Assembly (NCBI GenBank): GCA_019307135.1
Contig: JAFDKF010000028.1
Location: 3,535 to 67,534 of the forward strand
Direction of reading: 5' to 3'
DNA: 64,000 bases
From: Deltaproteobacteria bacterium
GTDB taxonomy: Bacteria; Desulfobacterota; Desulfobacteria; Desulfobacterales; C00003060
Each line of letters begins with the position of its first letter. Position 1 is the stretch's first letter. Shown here in pieces: positions 9,347 to 18,473 of the stretch. The notes below the pieces were generated by a model, which had not been told where the DNA came from, made no database searches, and worked only from the letters and a program-made list of their open reading frames with translations. A program made the position numbers and the translations under genes.

Positions 9347-10267
9347 TCACGCCTTTTTCGATCGGACCCTCCTTTTTTCTCTGCGGCGTTGTCGCCTGGC
9401 CAGATCTTCCGGGTATAAATGTGGATAGTGCCGTTTCCACCGTTTGTGAAACCAAAACCACTGCTCCGGATATGCCCTTACCGCCTTTTCGATAGCTGAG
9501 GTCATAATCTGTGTATTTGCCTTTGAGTCACTATGCACGTCATCTGTTCTCTTCAGGGTAAGAGCTGGTTCTACGACTAAGGTTAGCCCGGCGTCCGCTT
9601 CTCTGATACAGAAAACTGGCAGGACTGGGCAATCGTATCGTCTAGCCAGTAAAGCAGCGACGGGAGTTGCATTAACGGTTCGGCCGAAAAAAAGAACTTC
9701 AACTCCTTCTGAGCGTTTAGTTTCCTGGTCGATCAATAATCCCACCGCTCTTCCTTGGTGCAGCGTCCGAGCCATTTTGGGCAATGCTCGTTTCTTGTAC
9801 AGGATAATATTCCCAAAATGACCCCGAAACCTATGAATCCACCGATCAACAAGCTTGGACTCAATCTGCCTGGCCACCAATACTAGGGGCTTCTGGATGT
9901 AACAAGAAACAAATAGGTGAGACATTTCCCAGTTCCCTATGTGACCTGAAATCATGATAACGCCTTTTGGACTTCCTATAGCATTAAGCAGATTCCCTTT
10001 GCCCTTGATTCGGACTTTGCGCAGTATGTCCTCCCTGGAAAAACACGTCATTTGACAAATCTCCAGAACAGTAACCCCCAGGTGTTGAAAAATATGCCTG
10101 GAGAGTCTCCGGATGCGATCCAGGGACCATTCAGGATGGGTAAATTGCAAATTGCGCCTCACGATGCGTCGATGACGCAGATCCACACAGTATACAAACA
10201 TTCCCAGTAATTTGCCCACACGAGCAATGTGCTTTTGCGGAATATTTGCAATAAAATCTGTTAACAT
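9347..10267 (-). CDS. lpxL: lipid A secondary (lauroyl/myristoyl) acyltransferase, LpxL/HtrB family
   Basis: About 300 aa with an N-terminal anchor, the HIGNWE acyltransferase motif (HX4D/E type) and a C-terminal YPEQWFWFHKRWK typical of LpxL/LpxM/LpxP. Confidence 0.7.
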   Translation of the reverse strand: MLTDFIANIPQKHIARVGKLLGMFVYCVDLRHRRIVRRNLQFTHPEWSLDRIRRLSRHIFQHLGVTVLEICQMTCFSREDILRKVRIKGKGNLLNAIGSPKGVIMISGHIGNWEMSHLFVSCYIQKPLVLVARQIESKLVDRWIHRFRGHFGNIILYKKRALPKMARTLHQGRAVGLLIDQETKRSEGVEVLFFGRTVNATPVAALLARRYDCPVLPVFCIREADAGLTLVVEPALTLKRTDDVHSDSKANTQIMTSAIEKAVRAYPEQWFWFHKRWKRHYPHLYPEDLARRQRRREKRRVRSKKA

Positions 10268-10342
10268 GCTCCGTAAGAGCCTTGAGGCTTACCCGGTCTT
10301 TGTTGCCCTTGTTCTTCTCTTTTCCCCGCCATACGTATCCCC

Positions 10343-10390
10343 ATAAAATCGCTTCGCGATTTTAGACGACGCGGCTTCGCCGCTGAAAAA
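10343..10390. repeat. two-hairpin element, family E (ATAAAATCGC-n3-GCGATTTTA plus GC hairpin plus A-run), copy 1
   Basis: ataaaatcgcttcgcgattttag..gcggcttcgccgc tgaaaaaa. A second copy lies at 61703-61757. Confidence 0.6.
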
Positions 10391-10600
10391 ATAAGGATAA
10401 CAAGTAACAAAGAGTAGCTGAGCTGTCAATGCCCAACACAAGGGGCATTGTAGAGGATCTTGCGCAAGCCCTAAGAGGGAATGGAAATCCTGGAGCGCGC
10501 CATCGAGGCCATCGCCCCGAACGACACGGGCGTGACCTTGAAATCACGATATGTTGAGACCATTGCTTGCTTGACACACAAGCCTTATTTTTCTATGATT

Positions 10601-10766
10601 GTATACTTGTAAAAGGAATTCTTTACTGGATTCCCGCCTTCGCGGGAATGACGATTGGGTGCAAGTACCTGTCATTCCCGCGGAGGCGGGTACTGTTCTC
10701 AAGGCTTAAGCCGCAATCCAGTGAATAGTCGCAAAACATGATTTGCCCCAACTTTTTGAGAACTTA
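10601..10766. mobile_element. MITE-like palindromic element, family A, degenerate copy
   Basis: Core ggattcccgccttcgcgggaatgacg..gtcattcccgcggaggcggg, plus the right end ccagtgaatagtcgcaaaacatgatttgccccaactttttgagaacttac. A 24-nt insertion is present and the left end is decayed. Confidence 0.6.
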
Positions 10767-10812
10767 CGGAAATCAGGAACAAAATCGCATAGATGAATAA
10801 CATGCTCAAGGA

Positions 10813-11820
10813 ATGAGAATACTGCTTGTTCAGACAAGTTTCCTGGGAGATACAATTCTCTCTACTCCTGTTATTTCTGGCATCAAAAAGATTTATCCCG
10901 ATGCTGAGCTCTGGATGATGACAACACCGCTTGCCTCCTCGCTTGTCGTGCGCGATCCGCTTCTTGCTGGAGTTCTTACGTATGACAAGCGAGGACAGGA
11001 TGCAGGATTCTCTGGTCTGCTGCGAATGGAACGTCGAATCAGGGCGATGAGGTTTGACAGGGTGTATTCGCTTCATCGTTCTTCCCGCACGTCGATGCTG
11101 CTCTGGCTTTGCGGCATTCCAGTTCGCATCGGATTTGCGAATGCCAGGCTCAGCTTTCTCTATCATGAGATACGAGAACGAAATCCTAAAGACCATGATG
11201 TAGTCCGCAATCTGTCATTGCTTTCCGGGGAGGCTCCTCTCGAGTCACTGGAAGCGGAGCTCCGTTTATTCCCGCCCTTGAGAGACGAGCTTGACAATGA
11301 CATTAACAGAATGCTGCCTCAGCCTGCTGGTTATGTGGTACTTGTACCCGGAAGTGTTTGGAAAACCAAGATGTGGCACTGGAAGGGGTATCGTGAGGTA
11401 GCTCAGTTTTTGCTCAAACGAGGTTTTGCGGTGGTTCTCCTGGGAGCGCCATCAGATGAAGAGGTGAACGCCATGGTGGCTCAGGGGCTTGAAGTCGTCA
11501 ATTTTGCAGGAAAAACGAGTATCGCAGACGCGATGTACATTATAAAGAATGCAAGGCTCGTTGTGTGTAACGACAGTATGGCCCTTCATATTGCTTCTGC
11601 ATTTAAGGTTCCGAATGTTGCGATTTTTTGTGCGACATCCCCGCAATTTGGATTTTGTCCATGGAAGAATAAGGCAATCGTGATGGAAAAAGACCTTGCT
11701 TGCAAGCCTTGCAGCCGGCACGGGGGAAAAACGTGCCCAACGGGAACTGAGGCTTGCATGAAGGAACTTTCACATGTTGAAGTAATAAGCGCGACTAAAA
11801 CATTGCTGGATATTCAATGA
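10813..11820 (+). CDS. ADP-heptose:LPS heptosyltransferase (GT9)
   Basis: MRILLVQTSFLGDTILSTPV, VVLVPGSVWKTKMW and VVCNDSMALHIASAF are GT9 signatures. WaaC versus WaaF cannot be decided. Confidence 0.8.
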   Translation: MRILLVQTSFLGDTILSTPVISGIKKIYPDAELWMMTTPLASSLVVRDPLLAGVLTYDKRGQDAGFSGLLRMERRIRAMRFDRVYSLHRSSRTSMLLWLCGIPVRIGFANARLSFLYHEIRERNPKDHDVVRNLSLLSGEAPLESLEAELRLFPPLRDELDNDINRMLPQPAGYVVLVPGSVWKTKMWHWKGYREVAQFLLKRGFAVVLLGAPSDEEVNAMVAQGLEVVNFAGKTSIADAMYIIKNARLVVCNDSMALHIASAFKVPNVAIFCATSPQFGFCPWKNKAIVMEKDLACKPCSRHGGKTCPTGTEACMKELSHVEVISATKTLLDIQ

Positions 11821-12524
11821 GTACGGCACTAACCAAGACATATGATTCGTATCATTTCGGATTGGCATCGGATCTTGCTGACCGACAATTGAAACAGCTC
11901 GTTAGACTATTCAATACGCCTACAAATACCGTTGATTCGGTCCTTGGCGGAAGAAGCTCAGTTACCATTGCCCAGATTGAAGGGATAGGATCTGTGGTCG
12001 TTAAGTATTATACCCGCGGAGGGCTTCTTCGATACATGGTCAAACGAAGGTACGTGAAGTGGGGGGAAACCCGTTGCCAGACTGAGTATGAGCTATTGCA
12101 AAAAGTAAGGAACCTCGGTGTAAGTGCCCCCGAACCGATTGCCTATGCCTTCCAGGGCAGCTTGTTTTATAAAGGGTGGCTGGTAACCAGAGAGATTAAA
12201 CAGAAACAAACACTTGCTGAACTCAGTTGTGCAGATGAGGAACATGCTCAGATTGCGATGAAAGAGCTCATCAATCAGGTCTCCACTCTTGTCAACAATA
12301 ATATCTTTCATGTCGATTTGCATCCTGGCAATGTATTAGTGGACAGTCATGACCGCGTATTTCTCCTTGATTTTGACAAGGCCTGTCTTTCTCGGAAAAA
12401 CAAGAATAAGCTGCGAGATCAATACCTCAGTCGTTGGCGGCGCGCGGTAATCAAGCATCGGTTGCCGGAGATGCTCTGCGAAATGATGTGCACCGGACTT
12501 GGCAAAAATTACGAAGCTGAGTGA
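11817..12524 (+). CDS. Kdo kinase (KdkA)-like small LPS kinase
   Basis: 235 aa with VVKYYTRGG, FHVDLHPGNVLV and LLDFDKA. Size and motifs fit 3-deoxy-D-manno-octulosonate kinase. ATGA overlap with the upstream GT9. Confidence 0.55.
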   Translation: MSTALTKTYDSYHFGLASDLADRQLKQLVRLFNTPTNTVDSVLGGRSSVTIAQIEGIGSVVVKYYTRGGLLRYMVKRRYVKWGETRCQTEYELLQKVRNLGVSAPEPIAYAFQGSLFYKGWLVTREIKQKQTLAELSCADEEHAQIAMKELINQVSTLVNNNIFHVDLHPGNVLVDSHDRVFLLDFDKACLSRKNKNKLRDQYLSRWRRAVIKHRLPEMLCEMMCTGLGKNYEAE

Positions 12525-13594
12525 ACAATGGAGAGATAGCTATGGTCACCACTTCCACTCAAAAGCCACCTTCGGATGCTTCGATTCTGCTCATCCTGAT
12601 GGGATCTCTGGGGGATGTGGTGCGAGGGCTCTGTTTAGTGTCTCATATTAAGAATAATCTGCCACAGAGCAGGGTAACGTGGCTCATAGAGCCTAAATGG
12701 GCTGAACTGGTGGACTTTCATCCACAGATTGATAAAATGATTGTCTTTAACCGTCCCAGGGGTGTTCCAGCGGTATGGAATCTGTATAAGGATTTAGCTC
12801 AAGAACACTTTGATATTACCCTCGACCTTCAGCGTCACTTTAAGAGTGGCTTTTTCTCGCTGCTTTCCAGGGCAAAAAGACGGGTTGGTTTTAATCGACG
12901 AAATGCAAAGGAGTTTAATTGGCTCTTTAATAATGAACAAATTGATTACGTTAGCGACGAATTGCCTAAATTGCGTCATTATCTGAAGTTTACAGAATAC
13001 CTGGGGTTATCCGAACCAACTTTACTGGAATTCGGGTTTTCTTCGCTTGATTTGAAGGTTACTGTGCCGAGTATCGTCACTGAGATAAGCGATCCCTTTA
13101 TCGCTGTTGTGATGGGCTCCTCCTGGGAGTCAAAAGACTGGATATTTGAAGGGTATTGTGAATTGGTGAAAGATATTCTCTCTTCTGGAGAGAGGCAGGT
13201 TGTGCTCCTTGGCGATCATTCGAAGCGGACTTCTGCTGCCAGGCTCTTTGAAAAGATTGGCTCCTCAAGGCTGATCAATCTGGTTGGCAAGACATCTCTT
13301 CTTGAACTTGTCGCCGTACTCAAGGCGGCCGCAGCCGGTGTCGGCCCCGACTCCGGACCTGCTCATCTGGCGGCAGCGGTAGGGACTCCGTATGTATCGA
13401 TTTTTGGTCCAACATCCCCGAGACGAGTAGCACCCTATGGAAGTGAACACCTTGTGGTTCAGTCCGCAGTAAGCTGTGCTCCCTGTTATAAGAAGCGATG
13501 CCCTGGTCTTGACAGGCTCTGCATGCGCCTTGTGAGTGTTGAAGCGGTGGAGGAAAAACTTTCGGAAGCGCTTGCGATGCGTGGTGATAGATAG
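12521..13594 (+). CDS. ADP-heptose:LPS heptosyltransferase (GT9), second copy
   Basis: ILLILMGSLGDVVRGL, AVVMGSSWESKDW and GPDSGPAHLAAAVGTPYVSIFGPTSP. Start is GTG 12521 or ATG 12542. Confidence 0.8.
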   Translation: MNNGEIAMVTTSTQKPPSDASILLILMGSLGDVVRGLCLVSHIKNNLPQSRVTWLIEPKWAELVDFHPQIDKMIVFNRPRGVPAVWNLYKDLAQEHFDITLDLQRHFKSGFFSLLSRAKRRVGFNRRNAKEFNWLFNNEQIDYVSDELPKLRHYLKFTEYLGLSEPTLLEFGFSSLDLKVTVPSIVTEISDPFIAVVMGSSWESKDWIFEGYCELVKDILSSGERQVVLLGDHSKRTSAARLFEKIGSSRLINLVGKTSLLELVAVLKAAAAGVGPDSGPAHLAAAVGTPYVSIFGPTSPRRVAPYGSEHLVVQSAVSCAPCYKKRCPGLDRLCMRLVSVEAVEEKLSEALAMRGDR

Positions 13595-13625
13595 CCATAA
13601 CAACTTAGCAAATGAGGGTTCTTAT

Positions 13626-14657
13626 ATGAAGACAAAGACGCTAGCTGAATTGGCAGGGCATGTTGGTGGGCGGGTTTGTGGGGACGCAAGTTTGACAATT
13701 TCCTCTGCATCGACACTTGAGCGGGCAGGCGAGGGGAATATCAGCTTTCTTGCCAACCCCAAGTATGCCAAACTACTGAGAACTACCAAAGCCACGGCTG
13801 TGGTGGTGGGAGAGGAGCATGAATCCCTGGCTGCGCTACTAGTAGTAGATGATCCGTACTACGCGTTTACACAAATAGTTGTTCTATTGCACGGACACAG
13901 GGAACACAAAAAAACGGGAATCAGCAGCAAAGCTTCCATAGCCGAAACAGCCGTAGTGGGCAGGGATACTCACATCCATGATTTTGTGACTATTAGCGAT
14001 AGTGTTCGAATTGGCCACAGGTGTGTTCTTTATCCCGGGGTGTTTATCGGGCCGGATGTCGAGATAGGTGACGATTGTGTTCTTCACCCAAATGTGGTCA
14101 TTTATGAGCGGTGTGAGATTGGAAACAGGGTAATTATTCAAGCGAATGCAACAGTCGGAGAGGATGGGTTTGGATTTGCGACACATAAGGGTGAGCACCA
14201 CAAGATTCCACACATAGGCAGGACTCTCATTGAGGACGACGTGGAGATTGGGTCAGGATCTGCCATTGAGCGCGGAGCATTTGATGATACTGTGATAGGT
14301 GCTGGAAGTAAGCTCGGGGATTCGGTGGTGATAGGCCATGGGACAAGAGTCGGTCCGTATTGCCTGATTGTGGCCCAGGTGGGCATTGCGGGTTCCACAA
14401 CCCTGGGGCATCATTGTGTGGCCGGAGGACAGGTTGGTATTACCGGCCATATCAGAGTCGGAAACAGGGTTACTATTGCAGGTCAATCCGGGGTAATGGG
14501 CGACCTACCGGACGGTGCCGTGGTGTTCGGCACACCTGCCTTTGATGCAAAGAAAGCAAAGCGTGCATATGTAGTGCTCAAGTCCCTGCCTGACATGCAG
14601 AAGAGTTTCCGGGAGCTTGAAACTCGCGTCTCCAGTCTTGAAAAAACCGAGAAGTGA
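13626..14657 (+). CDS. lpxD: UDP-3-O-acylglucosamine N-acyltransferase, paralog outside the canonical cluster
   Basis: ORF 13536..14657 trimmed to ATG 13626 (MKTKTLAELAGHV). Has left-handed beta-helix hexapeptide repeats, GEDGFGFA, DDVEIG and VIGHG. Confidence 0.85.
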   Translation: MKTKTLAELAGHVGGRVCGDASLTISSASTLERAGEGNISFLANPKYAKLLRTTKATAVVVGEEHESLAALLVVDDPYYAFTQIVVLLHGHREHKKTGISSKASIAETAVVGRDTHIHDFVTISDSVRIGHRCVLYPGVFIGPDVEIGDDCVLHPNVVIYERCEIGNRVIIQANATVGEDGFGFATHKGEHHKIPHIGRTLIEDDVEIGSGSAIERGAFDDTVIGAGSKLGDSVVIGHGTRVGPYCLIVAQVGIAGSTTLGHHCVAGGQVGITGHIRVGNRVTIAGQSGVMGDLPDGAVVFGTPAFDAKKAKRAYVVLKSLPDMQKSFRELETRVSSLEKTEK

Positions 14658-14664
14658 TAGGAGG

Positions 14665-15474
14665 CTATTTTTTCACCTTACTTTTACGATGCTGGATATA
14701 TGCATCGCGAAGCGCCTCGTACGGATTAATGGCTGCCTTCTTGAGAGACTCGTAATCACCGATTTTGAAAGATTTCTCGTTTACGACCTCGTAGGCCTTG
14801 ATCCCCACGGCCGCTTCCATGGGTTCAACGTAAAAAACAGGATTCAAGAAGTAATCTCCGACCAAACCAACGGAGTCGCGCAGGGTGGAGGGGCCCAGAA
14901 AGGGCCACACAATGTAAAACCCGTTGCCGATTCCATAGACCCCAAGCGTCTGACCCAGGTCCTCCTCACTGGGATTCAGTTTGGGGTATTTTTTTGCCGG
15001 GTTTCCAAAGCCAAGCACGCCCACTGTGCTATTTAACAGGAAACGAACAGATTCGGCACCTGCCGCTTGCCATTTCCACTGAAGGATGCAACTAACCAAT
15101 CGGATCGGTGTGGTGAGGTTGGTGAAAAAATTTTTTACACCAGTCCTGACCGGGCTGGGAACTACCGCTCTGTATCCCCTGGCCACAGGCTTCAGAATCC
15201 AGAAGTAGAACTTGTCATTGAAGTGAAACATGCCCCGGTTCCAGAATGCCAGGGGGTCTGCCACCTGCACCTCATCTTCTTCAAATTCATCGTCAAAGAG
15301 ATCGAGTTCATCGTCAGAAAAAGCGTCATCAGAATCATCCTCAATGCCGGGGGCTGACGGAATCTGTTCCGCTTCGGCAGTTGTTATTTGCGAGTTCTGA
15401 TGAGCACACCCTGCCGAGAAAAAAGCGGAAACCAAAACAACCAGCAACAGATAGTTCAGTTGTTCTTTGGCCAT
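14665..15474 (-). CDS. mlaA: MlaA/VacJ outer-membrane lipoprotein
   Basis: DPLAFWNRGMFHFNDKFYFWILKPVARGYRAVVP..VKNFFTNLTTP is the VacJ signature. ATG 15474 gives the lipobox FFSAGC. Confidence 0.85.
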   Translation of the reverse strand: MAKEQLNYLLLVVLVSAFFSAGCAHQNSQITTAEAEQIPSAPGIEDDSDDAFSDDELDLFDDEFEEDEVQVADPLAFWNRGMFHFNDKFYFWILKPVARGYRAVVPSPVRTGVKNFFTNLTTPIRLVSCILQWKWQAAGAESVRFLLNSTVGVLGFGNPAKKYPKLNPSEEDLGQTLGVYGIGNGFYIVWPFLGPSTLRDSVGLVGDYFLNPVFYVEPMEAAVGIKAYEVVNEKSFKIGDYESLKKAAINPYEALRDAYIQHRKSKVKK

Positions 15475-15540
15475 ATTCTCAAAAAGTGGAGTTGTCAATA
15501 TTCACCACAGAGCACACGGAGACCGCAGATTAATGAATTT

Positions 15541-15734
15541 ATGGCATCCTTCATTTAGTAGTTTACACTCTGATCATGAGTTTTTTAGTAAATTTTTCAG
15601 TTTCTAAGCTGTCATTCCCGCGAAAGCGGGAATCCATAAAGGATACAACCACCGGATTCCCGCCTTCGCGGGAATGACGAATCAAACATACTCTAAAAAG
15701 TGTAAACTACTTTCGTCGAAATATGAAACATGCC
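15541..15734. repeat. family C shell (ATGGCATCCTTCATT..GTTTACAC inverted ends) enclosing a family A core
   Basis: Left end atggcatccttcatttagtagtttacac, right end agtgtaaactac..aaatatgaaacatgcc. The interior holds gtcattcccgcgaaagcgggaatcc and ggattcccgccttcgcgggaatgacg. Confidence 0.6.
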
Positions 15735-15778
15735 GAATTTATTATATTTTTTCTCTGCGCTCTCTGCGTCCTCTGTGG

Positions 15779-18289
15779 TTAATTATTTTTCTCCTCTTCC
15801 CCAAACGGCTTAAAAACGACTAACAGTTGTGGCAGCAGCGTCAGGTCGGCAATTAAGGCAATTAACATTGCCAATCCTGTCAGAAGGCCGAAATATATAC
15901 TCGGAATGAAATTGGACAAAACCAGGATTGAAAAACCGATGATGATCGTCACTGACGTATAGTACATGGCGTGGCCGATGGTTCCGTGGCAGCGATGAAC
16001 CGTCTTAATATAATTCCGATCGACTTTGAACTCATGTTTGAATCTGTGGATATAGTGAATCGTGTCATCGACAGCAATCCCTACACTAATTGCCGCGATT
16101 GTAATTGTCATCATGTCAAGGGGAATATTCAGCCAGCCCATGACACCAAGGACTACACCAATGGGAAGCATATTGGGAAAAATGGCGATGAGCGCTATTT
16201 TCAAAGACTTGAACAGGATCAGAAACATGCTCATCAACGCTAGTACGACTACTCCCAGAGTCAGGACCTGTGAACTGAACAGGCTCTGGAGCATATTGTT
16301 GTATAACACCAGCATCCCGGTTAAATGTGCATGCTCTTTCTTGATACCCAGTTTGCTGACCAGGTCATGTCGGATCTCTTTCAGCAACTTATCCCGCTTT
16401 AATGATTTTTCTGAATCCCTGACTCGGATTGAGAAACGGACCTCATCATTCTCCACGGACACATAAGGTTTTACCACCGTGCTTTTGAACTCGTCAGGTA
16501 TTTTGCTGTACAGCAGGGCCAGTGCAAAATTGTCTAACTCCTTGCCGTTGTTTAACTTTCTGCCGATCTTCATTATCGTTTCCAGTGACAGGACCTTGCC
16601 GGTTTCCGGCAGGCTGTCAAGATAATCATGGATTTTCTCAACCTGGGCCATCTTGTCAGAAGTAAACCAGTATTTCTCATCGTGTTGTGCTTCATCGAAT
16701 TCATCAAAGTCCTCAAATTCATCCTCATTTTGGGCGTCGGTTTCAGGTGCAACCTTTTGTGCTAATGCTTCGGGTTCATCCAATTCGATAATCACATCCA
16801 GGGGGGTGGTGCCACCCAGATTTTGATCAATAACTTTCATGCCCTGATAGATCTCGGTCGTATGTTTAAAGTAATCAATAAAACTGTTTTCAACCGCCAG
16901 CCTTGAGATCCCGATGGCACTGACAATAAAGGTAATACAACTTATTACCATTATCATGACGCCATGGGCTTCGGTGAATCTGGCTAAAAATGATGTCAAT
17001 GAGAAGTGTGAGTTCCGTCTGGCCTGTGGAGTTCCTTTTTTCATCAGCATTAACAGGGCAGGAAAGAGCAGGAATGTCATTACGAGAGAGAGGGTAATAC
17101 CGGCACTCATCATCCAGCCAAAGGTTATAACTGGCAGGATATCGCAGAGCAGCAGCGAACCAAACCCGGCGATAGTAGTCAGCGCGGCATACAGGCAGGG
17201 CCTCAGCATCAAAGAGACGGCATCGAGGATAAGCTTCCGGTGCTCAGCTTCAGGGTTATTGAAATGGAGTTCGCGGTACCGCACGATCAGATGGATCGTA
17301 ATCGCCATGGTGATGATAAGCTGTAAGGATATAAAGTTAGAGGATATAACAGTGACCTCCCAGCCAAACAATCCCAGCAGCCCCATCATAGAAATTGCAG
17401 AAAAAGCACAGCAGAGGATGGGCAAAAAGATCCAGCGCATTTTTCTAAAAACAACGCTTAAGGCGACGACCAGGAGAAAAAAAACCCCGAGACCGAATGT
17501 CTTAAGGTCGTTTTTGATAAACCTGATCAGGTCGTCTGCGATCATGCTAATACCGCCCAGAAAAAGTTCGGCATCCTGACGGTAGTTGTCCATAATCGCA
17601 CGAATTGCAGCAATATCCTGATGCCGGGCTTTTTTCATCTTGTCCCGGTGTTTTTGAAATTGCACGGCAACTTTTTTGAATTCAGCGACCTCTGCCGCAG
17701 ACAGCCGGTTAGTGGCTTGTTTTTCCCGCAAATGGTTGCGACGGGCCAGTAGATCCTGATAGATCTCATCGATCGGGAATTTGATCTGGAGTGCTGTCGT
17801 CTTAAGATCGGGGCTGACCAGCAGGTTTTGGTAGAGGGGACTCTTGCTGAACTCGATCCTGGCCAGTTTTTTGTCAACCGTTGGCGATTCGAGAGTCGGG
17901 AGATTGCTGGCCAGTTCCTTGAGCGGCACAGGCGGGCTTTCCAGCAAAGGGACATCCAGTATTGAAACTACCGATGACACCCGTTCCACCTGCTTTAATT
18001 CGTCCCGCAGTCGGGTCAGGTTTGCCAGCACCTTATCTGAAAACAAATCGTTTTTGGGGACATAGGCCATCAATAAATAATCTTGTAGTCCATAGCGCGA
18101 ATTAATAAGCCGCGAGTAACGCAGGTCTATGTCATGCTCGAGAACCAGCGTTTCCGCTGATGCGTCAAGCTTGAAGTCCTTAGCCTTATAGCCGAGGAAA
18201 GAAACCACCGCCAGAAGACAGATAATGACGAGTCCCGGCCGCTCAAGGATGACCTTGTCGAAAAAACGTCTCGGCAGTGAATGAAGCAA
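15779..18289 (-). CDS. RND-superfamily MMPL/HpnN-like transporter (COG1033-type predicted exporter)
   Basis: 836 aa with two 6-TM bundles (approx aa 260-415 and 690-825), each preceded by a large soluble domain. This is the MMPL/SSD-type layout. Start is TTG. Confidence 0.8.
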   Translation of the reverse strand: MLHSLPRRFFDKVILERPGLVIICLLAVVSFLGYKAKDFKLDASAETLVLEHDIDLRYSRLINSRYGLQDYLLMAYVPKNDLFSDKVLANLTRLRDELKQVERVSSVVSILDVPLLESPPVPLKELASNLPTLESPTVDKKLARIEFSKSPLYQNLLVSPDLKTTALQIKFPIDEIYQDLLARRNHLREKQATNRLSAAEVAEFKKVAVQFQKHRDKMKKARHQDIAAIRAIMDNYRQDAELFLGGISMIADDLIRFIKNDLKTFGLGVFFLLVVALSVVFRKMRWIFLPILCCAFSAISMMGLLGLFGWEVTVISSNFISLQLIITMAITIHLIVRYRELHFNNPEAEHRKLILDAVSLMLRPCLYAALTTIAGFGSLLLCDILPVITFGWMMSAGITLSLVMTFLLFPALLMLMKKGTPQARRNSHFSLTSFLARFTEAHGVMIMVISCITFIVSAIGISRLAVENSFIDYFKHTTEIYQGMKVIDQNLGGTTPLDVIIELDEPEALAQKVAPETDAQNEDEFEDFDEFDEAQHDEKYWFTSDKMAQVEKIHDYLDSLPETGKVLSLETIMKIGRKLNNGKELDNFALALLYSKIPDEFKSTVVKPYVSVENDEVRFSIRVRDSEKSLKRDKLLKEIRHDLVSKLGIKKEHAHLTGMLVLYNNMLQSLFSSQVLTLGVVVLALMSMFLILFKSLKIALIAIFPNMLPIGVVLGVMGWLNIPLDMMTITIAAISVGIAVDDTIHYIHRFKHEFKVDRNYIKTVHRCHGTIGHAMYYTSVTIIIGFSILVLSNFIPSIYFGLLTGLAMLIALIADLTLLPQLLVVFKPFGEEEKNN

Positions 18290-18324
18290 GTCCCTGTATT
18301 TTCAATAGGTTGCAGAATTTCCGA

Positions 18325-18473
18325 GTAACTTCTCAAAAAGTCTGGGTAATAGCTACTGGATTCCCGCCTTCGCGGGAATGACGATTGGCTGCAAATGCCT
18401 GTCATTCCCGCGAAGGCGGGAATCCAGTGAATAGTCGCAAAACATGATTTGCCCCAACTTATTGAGAAGTTAC
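18325..18473. mobile_element. MITE-like palindromic element, family A, full 149-bp copy
   Basis: The terminal inverted repeat gtaacttctcaaaaagtctgggtaa / ..ccccaacttattgagaagttac flanks two GC hairpins (attcccgc-cttc-gcgggaat). Same length and layout as 38257-38405. Confidence 0.7.

Noticed and set aside
10362-11196. ORFs 10362..10577 and 10699..11196 on the minus strand.
   Set aside because: They run through repeat elements and antisense to the well-supported GT9 heptosyltransferase start, and show no family resemblance.
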